From: Macrostomum lignano
Lineage: Eukaryota
Direction: 5' to 3'
Assembly (NCBI GenBank): GCA_002269645.1
Contig: NIVC01003732.1
Location: 15,772-79,771 of the forward strand
Length of the DNA: 64,000 bases
Position 1 is the first letter of the stretch. The number at the start of each line of letters is the position of its first letter. Position numbers and translations under genes: made by a program. The notes under the pieces are model-generated. The model worked only from the letters and a program-made list of their open reading frames with translations. It was not told where the DNA came from and ran no database searches. Shown in pieces: positions 50,806-63,685 of the stretch.

Positions 50806-52969
50806 CAGTTGAGCGTCTGTATACTGTTCATGAATTGCAGTTTTTTTTCTATTTATGCATTAGTCGGCCGCTGACGTGTTTTCACTATAACTGGCATTGA
50901 GCCAGTACACAGTGTCTCATATTGTCTCTTACCCTTTTGTCTTGGCTCTATCTATATACTCCCTACTGCTGTATAAAACGTACAGCATTTGCGCGAATAG
51001 CTAAAATATAGTTTTTTGGGCGTGTCGAATATAGTTTCTTGAGCTGATACGAGAGCTATATACTCGTATAGTAGATGTAATTTCGTGTACAATTAGATGC
51101 CTGATATGAAGTTTGTTGGAATCTGTGTACATGTAACTCATGCCTACTTAATCTTCATGGAGAATATCTTTTTTGTGCGAAATTTGCAAATTGCTGTAAA
51201 TTAATTTCAATAGCAATATTCGGCAGGATACTGTAGTACATGTAGATTTATTAATTTTTCGATTTTGAAACGAAACGATTCAACTGCAATCATACATGTA
51301 TTAGATGCTATGTAAAAAATTACGTTAATAAATTACGTGAATGTAGTAAAATTTATCTAACATGCCTTCTTACATCTGAATAAACATGTACCTGTAAATA
51401 GTGACTCCAAGTGAAGTGGAAGCTCGATTAACGTTTTCATGGACTACGTACGCTTACACGGTAGCTGCTGCATATGTCATCAGCCCTCATGCAGCTCAAC
51501 AATCTATGGCGCACTACAACAGCTGGACGTGACTGGTTTGTCGACGTGCTCTGCGTAGCGGACGGCATTGAGGCAGCGAGAATTGAGACAACGAATTAGA
51601 AACTTCTCTGATGTCAGCGATGTCGGTATAATATATCTGCCGACGAATAGATATCTGATAGGATCTGTGGCCTCTTCGTCATTGCTTGGGCTGCCTTCTG
51701 TTTCAAGAGGTTGAGGTACTATAAAGTATTAGTTTCTGCTCCAAGACGCTGAGGGGTGGGCTCGAATAGAAATTGTTGACAAAGAGCACGAGCTGACAGC
51801 TGCTGCAAGTAGAAGCTGATTTCTAGTTCTGGATCATCATGCAATGCTTTATTCACTCAAATTCATTAATGCACAAGTTTAGGCTTTAAGTCCTTTTACT
51901 TGAAAGATAAAGCTAAGAAAATGTAGCTAAAAATCAGTTAGTTAACTAAACAGTAAACTAAACTCAAGAAAATGTATGTATATAAACCCGTCGACAATAA
52001 GTTTGTTAAAGATTTAAACAAACTCCTCAGGTTTTAAAATTGACAAAGCAAAACCAGCAGCAAAAAGACTAAGCTCAGCTTTTTATTTTGTTCTTGCTAA
52101 AGTTTTGGTATCATTTAGCTAATTGGCACAAAAACCCACGGTAAATAATGCTACTGAAATAACTTTTGATTTTAAGAATTCGACATTTTTTCTACGTTAA
52201 TGGTTTGTGTGGGCGACGGCGTGCATGTGTTCTTCATCTACATTGTTATTGTTATTTGTTAATTAACGAATCGCTTCTTTACTTCTTTCAAACAACAAGT
52301 TTTCATTAGTTTCAAAAAATTAGCAAACGCTGGGAATAATGCGTAGAGTTTTCTTATCTTACAACCATTCCTATTTATGTTGTTTTCATATGTTACTTCT
52401 ATCTATTGAGAAATATTGCGCAAGCGCAACCCACTGGCAGACAGCTTGCATAGTTTAGCTCAAAAACAAAAGACCTTAATACTTTTCTTAAATAAATTCA
52501 TATTTGGCTCCTGGTTTGACATTTGCAACTGTCATTCTATCTAATGTTTTAACTGTAACAAGACTGTTGTTAATAGTTTTATCAGATTTTTACCAATCGG
52601 GTAATTAAGTAAAGTCAAGCCAGTAAAGCATGAAACCAACAGTATAGCTTTTTAAAATTAACTTTTTATATTTGGAGTAGAAATATGATTAGATTCAAAA
52701 TGCACAACTTTCAATTCATTCATTCAAATCAGCAGTATTGTTTTTAATTGACTAATTAGAACATGTTGATTAAAATGCTCCAAAATGAAAAAAAACCTAT
52801 TTAAACTAGTTATTTCTATAAAAAATGAAAATATTTAACTCAAATTAAGAGCTAGTTTTATCATTTTGTCTTTTTATATTATATGTTTTATCTTTTGTCT
52901 CACTTTATTATTTTAAAACATGACTTTTGTTTTGCTGTGATTTATTCAATAAATTTTTTATTGACACTT

Positions 52970-55900
52970 ATGATGGATTCAAAGCGCAAGAAAGCACCCC
53001 GTCCAAAGTCGACTGATCCATCGAGCAGGCAGCTCTGGTTGCTGGCCATGAAGGAGGGCAAAACTGGAACTGGTGAGCTGACTAATAAAAAGTTATCCAT
53101 TTTGTTGTCAAACACCCACTACTGAAAATTCCTAAGATTGATTCCAACAATAAAATGTCAGTGTAATATAAATAATACTGTAAGGTCAGTAAACGTCTTG
53201 AGCACTTTAGGGAGAAGCGAAACTTTAGTTAGAAAATTGGATCCTCTCTGATATGTGTCTCTGGTGTCTAATGAGTGTTTCTGGTGTCTAATGAGTCTCT
53301 GGTCAATGAGTGTCTCTGGTGTCTAATGAGTGTCTTTGGTGTCTAATGAGTGTGTCTTTGGTGTCTAATGAGTGTGTCTGGTGTCTAATGAGTGTGTCTT
53401 TGGTGTCTAATGAGTGTTTCTGGTGTCTAATGAGTGTCTCTGGTGTCTAATGAGTGTCTTTGGTGCCTAATAAGTGTTTCTGGTGTCTAATGAGTGTCTC
53501 TGGTGTCTAATGAGTGTGTCTTTGGTGTCTAATGAGTGTCTCTGGTGTCTAATGAGTGTGTCTTTGGTGTCTAATGAGTGTTTCTGGTGTCTAATGAGTG
53601 TCTCTGGTGTATAGTAAGTGTCTCTGGTGTCTAATTGGTGTCTCTGGTGTCTAATGAGTGTTTCTGGTGTCTAATGAGTGTCTCTGGTGTCTAATGAGTG
53701 TCTCTGGTGTCTAATGAGTGTCTCTGGTGTCTAATGAGTGTCTATGGTGTCTAATGAGTGTCTCTGGTGTATAGTAAGTGTCTCTGGTGTCTAATTGGCG
53801 TCTCTGGTGTCTAATGAGTGTCTCTGGTGTCTAATTGGTGTCTCTGATTCCAAAAAGATGTCTCTGGTGCCTATCGAGAGCCCCGAATTATCCTAAAAGA
53901 TAAAATCTAAGATAAGAGCTGTTTATGCGTGTGTTTATTTAAAAAAGATACCAGATAGAAATTATATTATAAAGTTTACAAAATGCAAAAAATGTTGTGC
54001 TCAAAAACCGCCACAGGTGCGAACAAAGGCTCACTAGGCCAGCAGTTGGATCCAACCGGTTTCACCAACTTGAAACTCAGCGGCCAAAAAGATGTTGGCT
54101 ATTTGAGTACGTCGCACTACCTCAGACAGGTGGCCGGTACAGAGAAGGTCACCCCGCGCCCAGACTCCGCCGCTGCAGGCAAAGCCTCTGGCGGACTCAC
54201 CGGCCGACCGAACTACAAGTCTGCCGAGGAGTACTATGATGAGGTCATCGCTTTGAAACGGGTGAGCTCCAGCAGATAGTCTCTAGATCCCACTTCTTAG
54301 TGTCCTTCAGTCTCTAGATCCCACTTCCCACTGTCCATCAGACAGTCTCTAGATCCCGCTTTCCAGTGTCCTTCAGTCTCTAGATCCCACTTCTTAGTGT
54401 CCTTCAGTCTCTAGATCCCACTTCTTAGTGTCCTTCAGTCTCTAGATCCCACTTCCCACTGTCCATCAGACAGTCTCTAGATCCCACTTCCCAGTGTCCA
54501 TCAGTCTCTAGATCCCACTTCCCAGTGTCCTTTCAGAAAGTCTCTAGATCCCGCTTTCCAGTGTCCTTCAGTCTCTAGATCCCACTTCCCAGTGTCCTTC
54601 AGTCTCTAGATCCCACTTCCCACTTCCCAGTGTCCATCAGTCTCTAGATCCCACTTCCCACTGTCCATCAGACAGTCTCTAGATCTCACTTCCCATTGTC
54701 CATCAGTCTCTAGATCCCACTTCTCAGTGTCCTTTCAGAAAGTCTCCAGATCCCACTTCCCAGTGTCCACCAGAAAGTCTCCAGATCCCACTTCCCAGTG
54801 TCCACCAGAAAGTCTCTAGATCCCACTTCCCAGTGTCCTTCAGACAGTCTCTAGATCCCACTTCCCAGTGTCCTTCAGACAGTCTCTTCTAGATCCCACT
54901 TCCAAATGTCCTTGTGAATCTTGCGTCCTAAAAAACACAAATAAATTAAAATTTAAACACAGGAACTCAAAGCCCTCCGCGCGGAGATGAGCTCGATGAA
55001 GTCAAAGAACCGTCGCCTAGAAGAAGACTACCAGAAGCGCGAGAAGCAGCTGGAGAGTCTGTTCGATCCGACAAAAAACGCCGAACTCAGACGGGCTCTG
55101 GCTGATAAAAACGGCGAATCCGCCCTGGTAGTGCAGAGTTTGAAGCAGCGAATCTTCAAACTCGAACAGCAGCTGAGAGACAAAGAGTCAGCTTTAAACA
55201 AACTTCAAAGCGATATGAAAGTGACAAAGACTGCCGAAATGAAGACCCAATTAGAAGTGCTGTACAAGGAGATTGTGAGGCTGCGCAGCGCCAATCCAGC
55301 GGACGTGCTGTACTCAAATGAGCAGCCAGGTGGAGCCGGCATTGATCAGGTAGGTTTTACCGATATGTTGTGTAAATAACTTTAATAATTCTAGGTTAAC
55401 CAAATTGATGCATTGTTGCGGAGTTATTTTAAATTGTCAGCTCTTAACAAGCGCCATTTTTAAGTCCCACGGCACTCTTTCGGAGTGGAGAGAGTGACGC
55501 CCTGCTTTGGTGTCATCTGACACTCCGATTTCGGCGCCTCTTGACACCTGACACTTTTGGCGCCTGCAGATGTTTTAATTGCCTGCCAACTGACAATATA
55601 TTACGGCGTTATTTTACCGCCGACTTAGCGACATCTGACGCCCTGTTCTAGCGCCAACTGACAACCTATTCTAATGATATCTGATACCCTATTTTAGCGC
55701 CATCTGACATCCTTTTCTAGCGCCATCTGACACCCTATTCTAGCGCCATTTGAGACCCTATTTAGCGCCATCTGACACCCTATTCTAGCGCCAGCTGAAA
55801 CCCTATTCTAGCGCCATCTGACACCCTATTCTAGCGCCAGCTGAAACCCTATTCTAGCGCCATCTGACACTCTATTCTAGCGCGATCTGACACCCTATTC

Positions 55901-58900
55901 TAGCGCCATCTGAAACCCTATTCTAGCGCGATCTGACACCCTATTCTAGCGCCATCTGAAACCCTATTTTAGCGCCATCTGACACCCTTATTCTAGCGCC
56001 ATCTGACACCCTTATTCTAGCGCCATCTGACACCCTTATTCTAGCGCCATCTGACACCCTATTCTAGCGCCGCCGACTTTCTCGACACCCCGGCCTCTAT
56101 TTAACCGCACCCATTATTTTCGCGCCTCTCGACACTCCAGGAGCAGATGCCGAAAAAGACCGCTCAAAAGTTGGACGCCCTGACAGCGACGCTGCGCAAG
56201 GTGACGGACCAGAAGAACGCCCTGGCCGCCGAGAATGCCCAGCTGAAAAAATCTGAAGCTTCGCTGCAGGAACAGCTGGACGAGTTGGAAGGCACCACAG
56301 CGATTCCGGGTTAGCTTTTTATTTCTACAGAATTTTACTGCTGACTTTATTAGCTGCTGCAGTAGCGTATGGCATCTGAAAATTAATAAGAAAAAATATT
56401 TATACAGAAAAGTAGGGTTTAGGATCGGGTGAAAGATTCAGGATAGGTACAAGAACCAGGATGAGGTGTGCAAGATTCAAGATGTGATGTACAAGTTTTA
56501 GGATTACATATACAAGGTTCTGTACAAGGTGTACAAGATTCAGAACTAGGTGTACGAAATTCAGGATGAGGTGTACAATATTCAGGATGAAGTGTACAAT
56601 ATTCAGGATGAGGTGTACAAGATACAGGGTAAGGTGTACAAGATTTAGGATGAGGTGTACAATATTCAGGATGAAGTGTACAAGATTCAGGATGAGGTGT
56701 ACAAGATTCAGGATGAGGTGTTCAAGATTTAGGATGAGGTGTACAATATTCAGGATGAAGTGTACAAGATTCAGGATGAAGTGTACAAGATTCAGGATGA
56801 GGTGTACAAGATTCAGGATGAGGTGTTCAAGATTTAGGATGAGGTGTACAATATTCAGGATGAAGTGTACAAGATTCAGGATGAGGTGTACAAGATACAG
56901 GGTAAGGTGTACAAGATTCAGGATGAGGTGTACAAGATTCAGGATGAGGTGTAAAAAAATTAGTGAGTTGTACAGGATTTAGGATAAGGTGTACAGGATT
57001 CGGAAAGGGGTGTACAAGATTCAGATTGAATAAATATTTAGAATCATCTAGAGAATTCAATAATGAGTACTAGTGAAAAGGCAGCTTGACTCAAAATAAA
57101 CATTAATCATCAACATCGTCTGTTGCAGAATCCTACCGCGATATGAACCGCAATCAGTTGCTAAGCAAGATTCGAACACTCGAACAAGAGAACGACCGTC
57201 TTCGAGTGGCTCCCATCGGCAGCGAAGATATTGTTAAAAGTGAGACAACAGGTTTTAAGACATTGTGTTGGTCTATTTTAGGAATGATTTATGAAAATAA
57301 TTTTTTTGATTTATAGGAGTAAAATAGATGAGACCTGGACAGAAAGCATAACTTTTTAATGGAGAATGGCTGACACTTAGAGTGACACGGAGAGTGACAC
57401 GGAGAGTGACACGGAGAGTGACACGGGGAGCGACACGGAGAGTGACACGGAGTGACACGGAGAGTGACACGGGGAGCGACACGGAGAGTGACACGGAGTG
57501 ACACGGAGAGTGACACGGGGAGCGACACGGAGAGTGACACGGAGAGTGACACGGAGAGTGACACGGAGAGTGACTCGGAGAGTGACACAGAGAGTGACAC
57601 GGAGGGTGATGCAGAGAGTGACACAGAGAGTGACACGGAGGGTGACATGGAGAGTGACGCAGAGAGTGACACGGAGAGTGACACGGAGAGTGACACAGAG
57701 AGTGACACGGAAAGTGACACGGAGAGTGACACGGAGAGTGACACGGAGAGTGACACGGAGAGTGACACGGAGAGTGACACGGAGAGTGACACTTAGAGCG
57801 TTTTGGAGAGTGACGCAGAGAGTGACATGAAGATTGAAACAGAGAGTGACAGGAAGAGTGACGCAGAGTTCGTGCTAAGAGTGAGTGGAATGGTGAGTAC
57901 AATATTTTATTCGAATCCCAAACCCAGGCAAAATATCCCTAACTGGTAACGTGCGCGAGAAACTTGAGCTGCTGGATCGCCGGGAAACCGAGCTGCTAAG
58001 CGAACTGGCCGCTAGAACGGACGCTAACAAGCGTCTGATGGAGGAGCGGGACTCTTACAAACTGCAGCTGCAGGAGGCAAAGTGAGTGTGCCATTAATTA
58101 TCGGCTTGTCAATGTGCATTGGCGATAGGGAGGCTTGTCAATGTACATTTAAAATAGAGACTTGTCATTGCACATTGGAGATAGGGAGGCTTGTCAATGT
58201 ACATTGGCGATAGGGAGGCTTGTCAATGTACATTGGAGATAGGGAGGCTTGTCAATGTACATTGGCGATAGGGAGGCTTGTCAATTTACATAGGAGATAG
58301 AGGCTTGGCATTGTACAGTATGGAAGTAGTGAGGCTTGTCAATGTACATTGGCGATAGGGAGGCTTGTCAATTTACATAGGAGATAGAGGCTTGGCATTG
58401 TACAGTATGGAAGTAGTGAGGCTTGTCAATGTACATTGCAGTAAGAAATTTTAAACTGAATGGTTTCTAAATAAAAATTCACTATTCTATACAGACGCGA
58501 CATCGAACGGTTAAACTTTGAAAACGCCGGTCTATCTAAAGAGGTCGATCAACTGCGCGCCTCCGGAGGCGGCCCTGGCGCTGGCGCCGCCGCTTTTAGA
58601 GCTCCGTCGCCGTCGCCGCGACGCAACGACTTCGGCAAGGAGGCGTCGCCACCGCCTAGGGATGCTAATAAACGAGGCGCAGTTCGACAGGACAGGTGAG
58701 AGACGTAAATTGAGATACCAGATGTACATGAAGGAGGCTTGTGAATCAACATTGAGATAGTACAATCAACTATGAGATAGTGAGGCTTGTCAATGTACAT
58801 TGGCGATAGAGAGGCTTGTCAATGTACATTGGCGATAGAGAGGCTTGTCAATGTACATTGGCGATAGAGAGGCTTGTCAATGTACATTGGCGATAGAGAG

Positions 58901-61246
58901 GCTTGTCAATGTACGAGCGTACATTGGTGATAAGGAGGTTTGTGAATGTACATTTGAGATAGGGAGGCTTGTCAATGTACATCAGAGATAAGAAGGCTTC
59001 TCAATGTACATAGGAGATAGTGAGGGTTGTCAACATCGACAATAGTTAATAAATTAAATATAAAACCAGGGACCTGGGTCTGTGGAACTTAACGAACTCG
59101 TACTCAATTACCTTTGATAAAATGTATAAATTATCAATAGAAATCGAGCTAAAAAAAGTACAACTACAACTTACTATAGTTTCACTTAATGAGGTTTCGT
59201 ATTGTGTACAATAATTTTTTGCTTTGAAGAAATCTTTCCACCTTTTTTCTCTTTCAGAAATCGAATGCAAGAAGATGCTGTAAGTTCATAATATTTTTAA
59301 AAATCCATTTTCTGACGTCTATTCTCTGGCCTTCCTTTCTTGGTGGACAACCCTGCCTCTTGGTGGACAACCCTGTCTCTTGGTGGACAACCCTGTCTCT
59401 TGGTGGAAAACCCTGTCTCTTGGTGGACAACCCTGTCTCTTTTTGGAAAACCCTGTCTCTTGGCGGACAACCCTCTCTTGGTGGGCGCCCCTGTCTCTTG
59501 GTGGACAACCCTGTCTCTTGGTGGACAACCCTCTCTTGGTGGGCGCCCCTGTTTCTTGGTGGACAACCCTGTCTCTTGGTGGACAACCCTGTCTCTTGGT
59601 GGACAACCCTGCTCTTGGCAGACAACCCTGTCTCTTGTTGGACAACCCTATCTCTTGTTGGAAAACCCTGTCTCTTGGCGGACAACCCTGTCTCTTGGCG
59701 GACAACCCCGTCTCTTGGTGGATAACCCTGTCTCTTGGTGGACAACCCTGTCTCTTAGTGGACAACCCTGTCTCTTGGTGGACACCCTGTCTCTTGGTGG
59801 ACACCCTGTCTCTTGTTGGAAAACCCTGTCTCTTGTTGGAAAACCCTGTCTCTTGTAAAACCCTGTCTATTGGTGGACAACTCGGTCTGTCTGTGGGCCC
59901 CCTTAATTCTCTAAGGCTCTCACATTAATACACATTAATCACATTCCTCCAGGCCGTGACAAAGCTGCAGTCGGTACTCCGAGGTCACAAAGCTCGACAA
60001 GATTATTTGAATCGCGACAGACAGCAGCGGCAGCAGCGCCAAGAGTCCCCGACGCCACCAAAACCGCAGCAACGACGACAGGCCATGGACAGCAATAGTG
60101 ATTACGACAGGGACAGCTTTGATAGTGGGAGATTCCGGAACAGACGTACCAGTGGCAGCCGGAACCGCGACGACTTTGGCAAGGAAGACGACATCCCGCA
60201 ACGCCGACCGCGCCCAAGAAGCAATTCGAGGAGCCAGCAAGGCTCCGGAGACGATGCCGCCTCCTCCTACAGCAGGCGCAGCGGCACTGGCAGTGCTACA
60301 GGTGAGCTGGAGTTTCTAGTGCTCGCTAGCGCCCCTTGGTGCTGGTGCCCCTTGGTGCTGGCGCCCCTTGGTGCTGGCGCCCCTTGGTGCTGGCGCCCCT
60401 TGGTGCTGGCGCCCCTTGGTGCTGGCGCCCTTGGTGCTAAAGCCCCTTGGTGCTAAAGCCCCTTGGTGCTAAAGCCCCTTGGTGCTAAAGCCCCTTGGTG
60501 CTAAAGCCCCTTGGTGCTGGCGCCCCTTGGTGCTGGCGCCCCTTGGTGCTGGCGCCCCTTGGTGCTGGCGCTCCTTGGTGCTGGCGCCCTAAATTACGCC
60601 AAAGGCTTTTGTATAGCATTTTAAATGAGGATTTTCAAGAATTTAATAGTTCCACTAAAACACACTAAAAAGAAAAGGGCAGCTGAAATTGCTTTGAAAA
60701 AGTTTACAACGTGATAGCTTTGAGAGTTGTAATTTGAATGCGCAAAAGATAAGATATTGGGAATTTAGTGTGCTAAAGTACTTTTGCCTACATAAGTTTT
60801 AAATCGGAAGTGATAAATATATACTTCAAAACAAAAAAACTGCGCCATATGAAACCTACCAAGACAAAAATAAGTGTAATATAACAAATAAATTGAGACA
60901 GATACTAAGATAACTTCATGTACACTTATGAGTATGATAATTGTTTTTAAACTTGTGTGTTCTTACTGGTTTATAACGTAATTATTTCTAAGAAAGTTTT
61001 TTTACAGAAAATTTAGCGATTTTAACAAATCAAAAAATATGGTGGTAAGAACGTGTATAGTAGTATTTTAAAGCATATGAATTAGTTTTTTCGCAATGGT
61101 AGCTAGTTTATACTTATCTCTCCGCAGTTCAAGCGTCCACAGGTCGTCGCAGCAGCAATCGGCAAGGACGACCATTCGATGCCGGCTCCAGCCGAAATCG
61201 TCGCTCGATAGACGACAATGACGACGACGACGTTCTAGTTGACTAA
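52970..61246 (+). CDS. IQCE: IQ domain-containing protein E (IQCE), 619 aa. Exons 52970-53072, 54017-54261, 54963-55349, 56141-56309, 57129-57239, 57928-58081, 58495-58695, 59258-59279, 59953-60301, 61128-61246.
   Basis: Ten exons (1860 nt) join in frame through GT-AG introns. [70 protein letters not shown] parallels vertebrate IQCE as recalled (YREKEDMYDEIIELKK..RRLEEENSRKDRQIEQLLDP..INGLKQRILKLEQQCKEKDGTISKLQTDMK). IQ motif [14 protein letters not shown]; acidic C-terminus [10 protein letters not shown]. Confidence 0.92.
53246..53860. repeat. 20-bp minisatellite (TCTGGTGTCTAATGAGTGTC), IQCE intron 1
   Basis: Direct reading. Confidence 0.93.
54278..54910. repeat. 31/35-bp minisatellite (AGTCTCTAGATCCCACTTCCCAGTGTCCTTC), IQCE intron 2
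   Basis: Direct reading. Confidence 0.93.
55660..56070. repeat. 23-bp minisatellite (TCTAGCGCCATCTGACACCCTAT), IQCE intron 3
   Basis: Direct reading. Confidence 0.92.
56420..57020. repeat. 21-bp minisatellite (AGGATGAGGTGTACAAGATTC), IQCE intron 4
   Basis: Direct reading. Confidence 0.92.
57375..57790. repeat. 12-bp repeat (GAGAGTGACACG), IQCE intron 5
   Basis: Direct reading. Confidence 0.93.
58105..58440. repeat. 29-30-bp minisatellite (GAGGCTTGTCAATGTACATTGGCGATAG[G]), IQCE intron 6
   Basis: Direct reading. Confidence 0.9.
58720..59040. repeat. Same 29-bp family as intron 6, IQCE intron 7
   Basis: GAGGCTTG at 58811 and 58840. Confidence 0.9.
59320..59870. repeat. 20-bp minisatellite (TGGTGGACAACCCTGTCTCT), IQCE intron 8; reverse complement of the array inside the 50.1-50.8 kb MITE
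   Basis: Direct reading. Confidence 0.93.
60325..60590. repeat. 16-bp minisatellite (GCGCCCCTTGGTGCTG), IQCE intron 9
   Basis: GCGCC at 60361, 60377 and 60393. Confidence 0.92.
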
Positions 61247-63385
61247 AAATTATGAAAGTTTAACTGACTGACCAAAAATTAATTTTAATTTATCTGAACT
61301 ACCTTATTGAAACAATTAACCGTTATACACATGTAAATGCAGAAGATCCAGATGAATTCGCGCGCATTCTGGTGTTGTGTCAATTTTTGGATAACATATT
61401 TATTTTTTCCTATTGAATTCTACTTATAGTAGCCTTGTTTAAACAGTCGGGCTAATATATTGATTTATCGTATATTTATACTCAAATATATACCATGGTG
61501 CACTGAATATTATAAGTTTGCAGGTTACTTTCTTTTATTAAACTTGGGTTAAGGTGGTTTTTAATTCGCTTGGATTATTTCGCATGAATTTAAATTGATT
61601 ATCTAATTTAGATTAAGCAACACTAATGACTATTTCTGGGAAATTCTATCAATTGAATGTTTTTTATACATGTGGGTTTGCTTGAACTGTGTTTGTAAAA
61701 AAGGCGAGTGTATATGGAACGCTTTTTATAGTACGCCTTGATTTTCCTATACCTTATCTTTCTCAAATAATTAAACGCACAAGAACTGTTTTATTAAACA
61801 ATATTGTGATGGAAAATCTACTAATATTGAAATTTTACACTGAGTTGTAAATTTGTCTGACCACTGACGGATGTTTTTTATACTCTTAGTTTATGCATTA
61901 ATTGTAATTTATTAGTTGTGAACAAACTTTCACGTTTGTTTGTTATACTGTCTCTACGTTTTAATTAATGAAATAATCAAATGCTGTATTTATTGTAATC
62001 TTCATGCTACTATAAAATTCTATACTGAAATTCGATCTTTGCACTCTGTCTGTTTTCTGGCGGAAAAATTAATACGACTGTAATTACGCGCTGATTGAAT
62101 CTACTAGCCGTTAATTATTTTATACGGAGTAGTTTGTCTGAGCGACATTTGATCAAAATTTTAACAATTAGTTTACAACTATTGTGAGATTATTTTTAGA
62201 GTACTTAGCTGCGACTAAGGGAGTTTGCTTTTGGAATTGGAATTGGAATTTTGAAAAAAATTGATTTTTAAGAGGGAATTATACTACTGATTTGCTGAAG
62301 GGGAAATAATATACAGGCGCAAAATTAGTTAGCTGCTAGCTACATGTAATACACACAGGCAGGGACTCTAGCCAACTTTGTTATCAGACACAAAGACTTT
62401 AAAAGGAATTAGCGTTTGTTATATCTTGCCAACAGGATCGGCCACAGACAGTAGTGGTCTGGCTTCGCATGTACTTTTAAAAGTCGTTACAAGTACATGT
62501 ACACGTCGTTTCAACTAGTCGCACTCCATTTGAACAAAATTTACGGCCTTAAAGTTCCTGCAATTTCGGTGTGCATGCATTTAACCAAGCACTCCAGGTA
62601 GTTTCCGGGAAAAAACATGCTTAACTTCCCAAGTCAACCACATGTGATGACATTGTTGACTTTCCCAAGTTTGCAAAGTATCATTGTTATGAACTAGAAA
62701 GTATGCAATGTTGTTGTCCAAATTCAACAATCGACTTGCAAAGTTTACAAAGTACACGCCGTGTCTCTACATCCAAGTGGAAAGTGTACATGTACAGTAG
62801 CTACTTGTGAAGTGACTGAAGAAAACATTGCGTACTTGAAAAGTACACTTATCGAATGTTCTTGGAAAACTTGGAGAGTTTCTTAGGCGGTACTTGCTCC
62901 AGGTTGCATTGTTGATCCTCCACTACAGTGAAAGTACCTGACAACTTAGCAAGTTTTTTTTCTCGGGTTACTAACCTGAGAGATTCTGCAATAAAAAAAC
63001 AATCAGTATAAGACAACAGATGTCAAATTATGACGATAAAAATTTTTTATCCTTACTTAAGAGCTGAATGCGAGATGTATAGTATAATATATTCATTTTC
63101 TATTATTTCTACGAAGTACTTCACTGTTGATTTATTTGTTTAAATTCCTAAAAAGAAAGCTACGCTCGTACGCGCTCGTAAAAAGCTAAAGCCGTCAAAT
63201 ATAAATCAACTGAAATCCTAATATACTTTACTCGTAGCATTAAAAGTTTAAACACGCTCTGTGCCCTATATGAATGAAAATATCAAATGCCGTCTTACTA
63301 TAATGCTAGTTTATACAGTAGCTGCATGTAAAAAGTTAAAGTCAAGTCGGAAAAAGCCTAAATTTAAATATTTCATCGCACAAAT

Positions 63386-63685
63386 TCAAACGGTCGGGTT
63401 ATGTCCAATTTGACGTTGGGCATCGCCAAGTATGTTCTCGAGCATCTTCTCTAGATCTTCAATCTGTCGATTCATATCGTCCAGTTTGCTCAGGATCAAA
63501 TCGACCATCTCTTGAAAGTGTTGCTGCATTTGGTCCAGTGAATTCTGCAGACAGGCATTGATATCGGCGGCGGCGCCTTTGATATTTGTTGTTGTTGTTG
63601 TTTTGCTTTGATTTGCGACTGCGGCTGCTGCTGTGTTGGGACACTTGTTGCTGGTTTCTGCTTCAACCGATGTTTCAGCGTCCAT
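63386..63685 (-). CDS. HSBP1: Heat shock factor binding protein 1 (HSBP1)-like, 99 aa from the ATG at 63685; start uncertain
   Basis: DINACLQNSLDQMQQHFQEMVDLILSKLDDMNRQIEDLEKMLENIL parallels HSBP1 as recalled ([46 protein letters not shown]). The frame stays open upstream to about 63840 without another ATG. Confidence 0.82.
   Translation of the reverse strand: MDAETSVEAETSNKCPNTAAAAVANQSKTTTTTNIKGAAADINACLQNSLDQMQQHFQEMVDLILSKLDDMNRQIEDLEKMLENILGDAQRQIGHNPTV

Noticed and set aside
56566-57902. Cys/Arg- and Ser/Asp-rich ORFs inside IQCE
   Set aside because: They are translations of intronic 21-bp and 12-bp repeats; the IQCE exons splice around them in frame.
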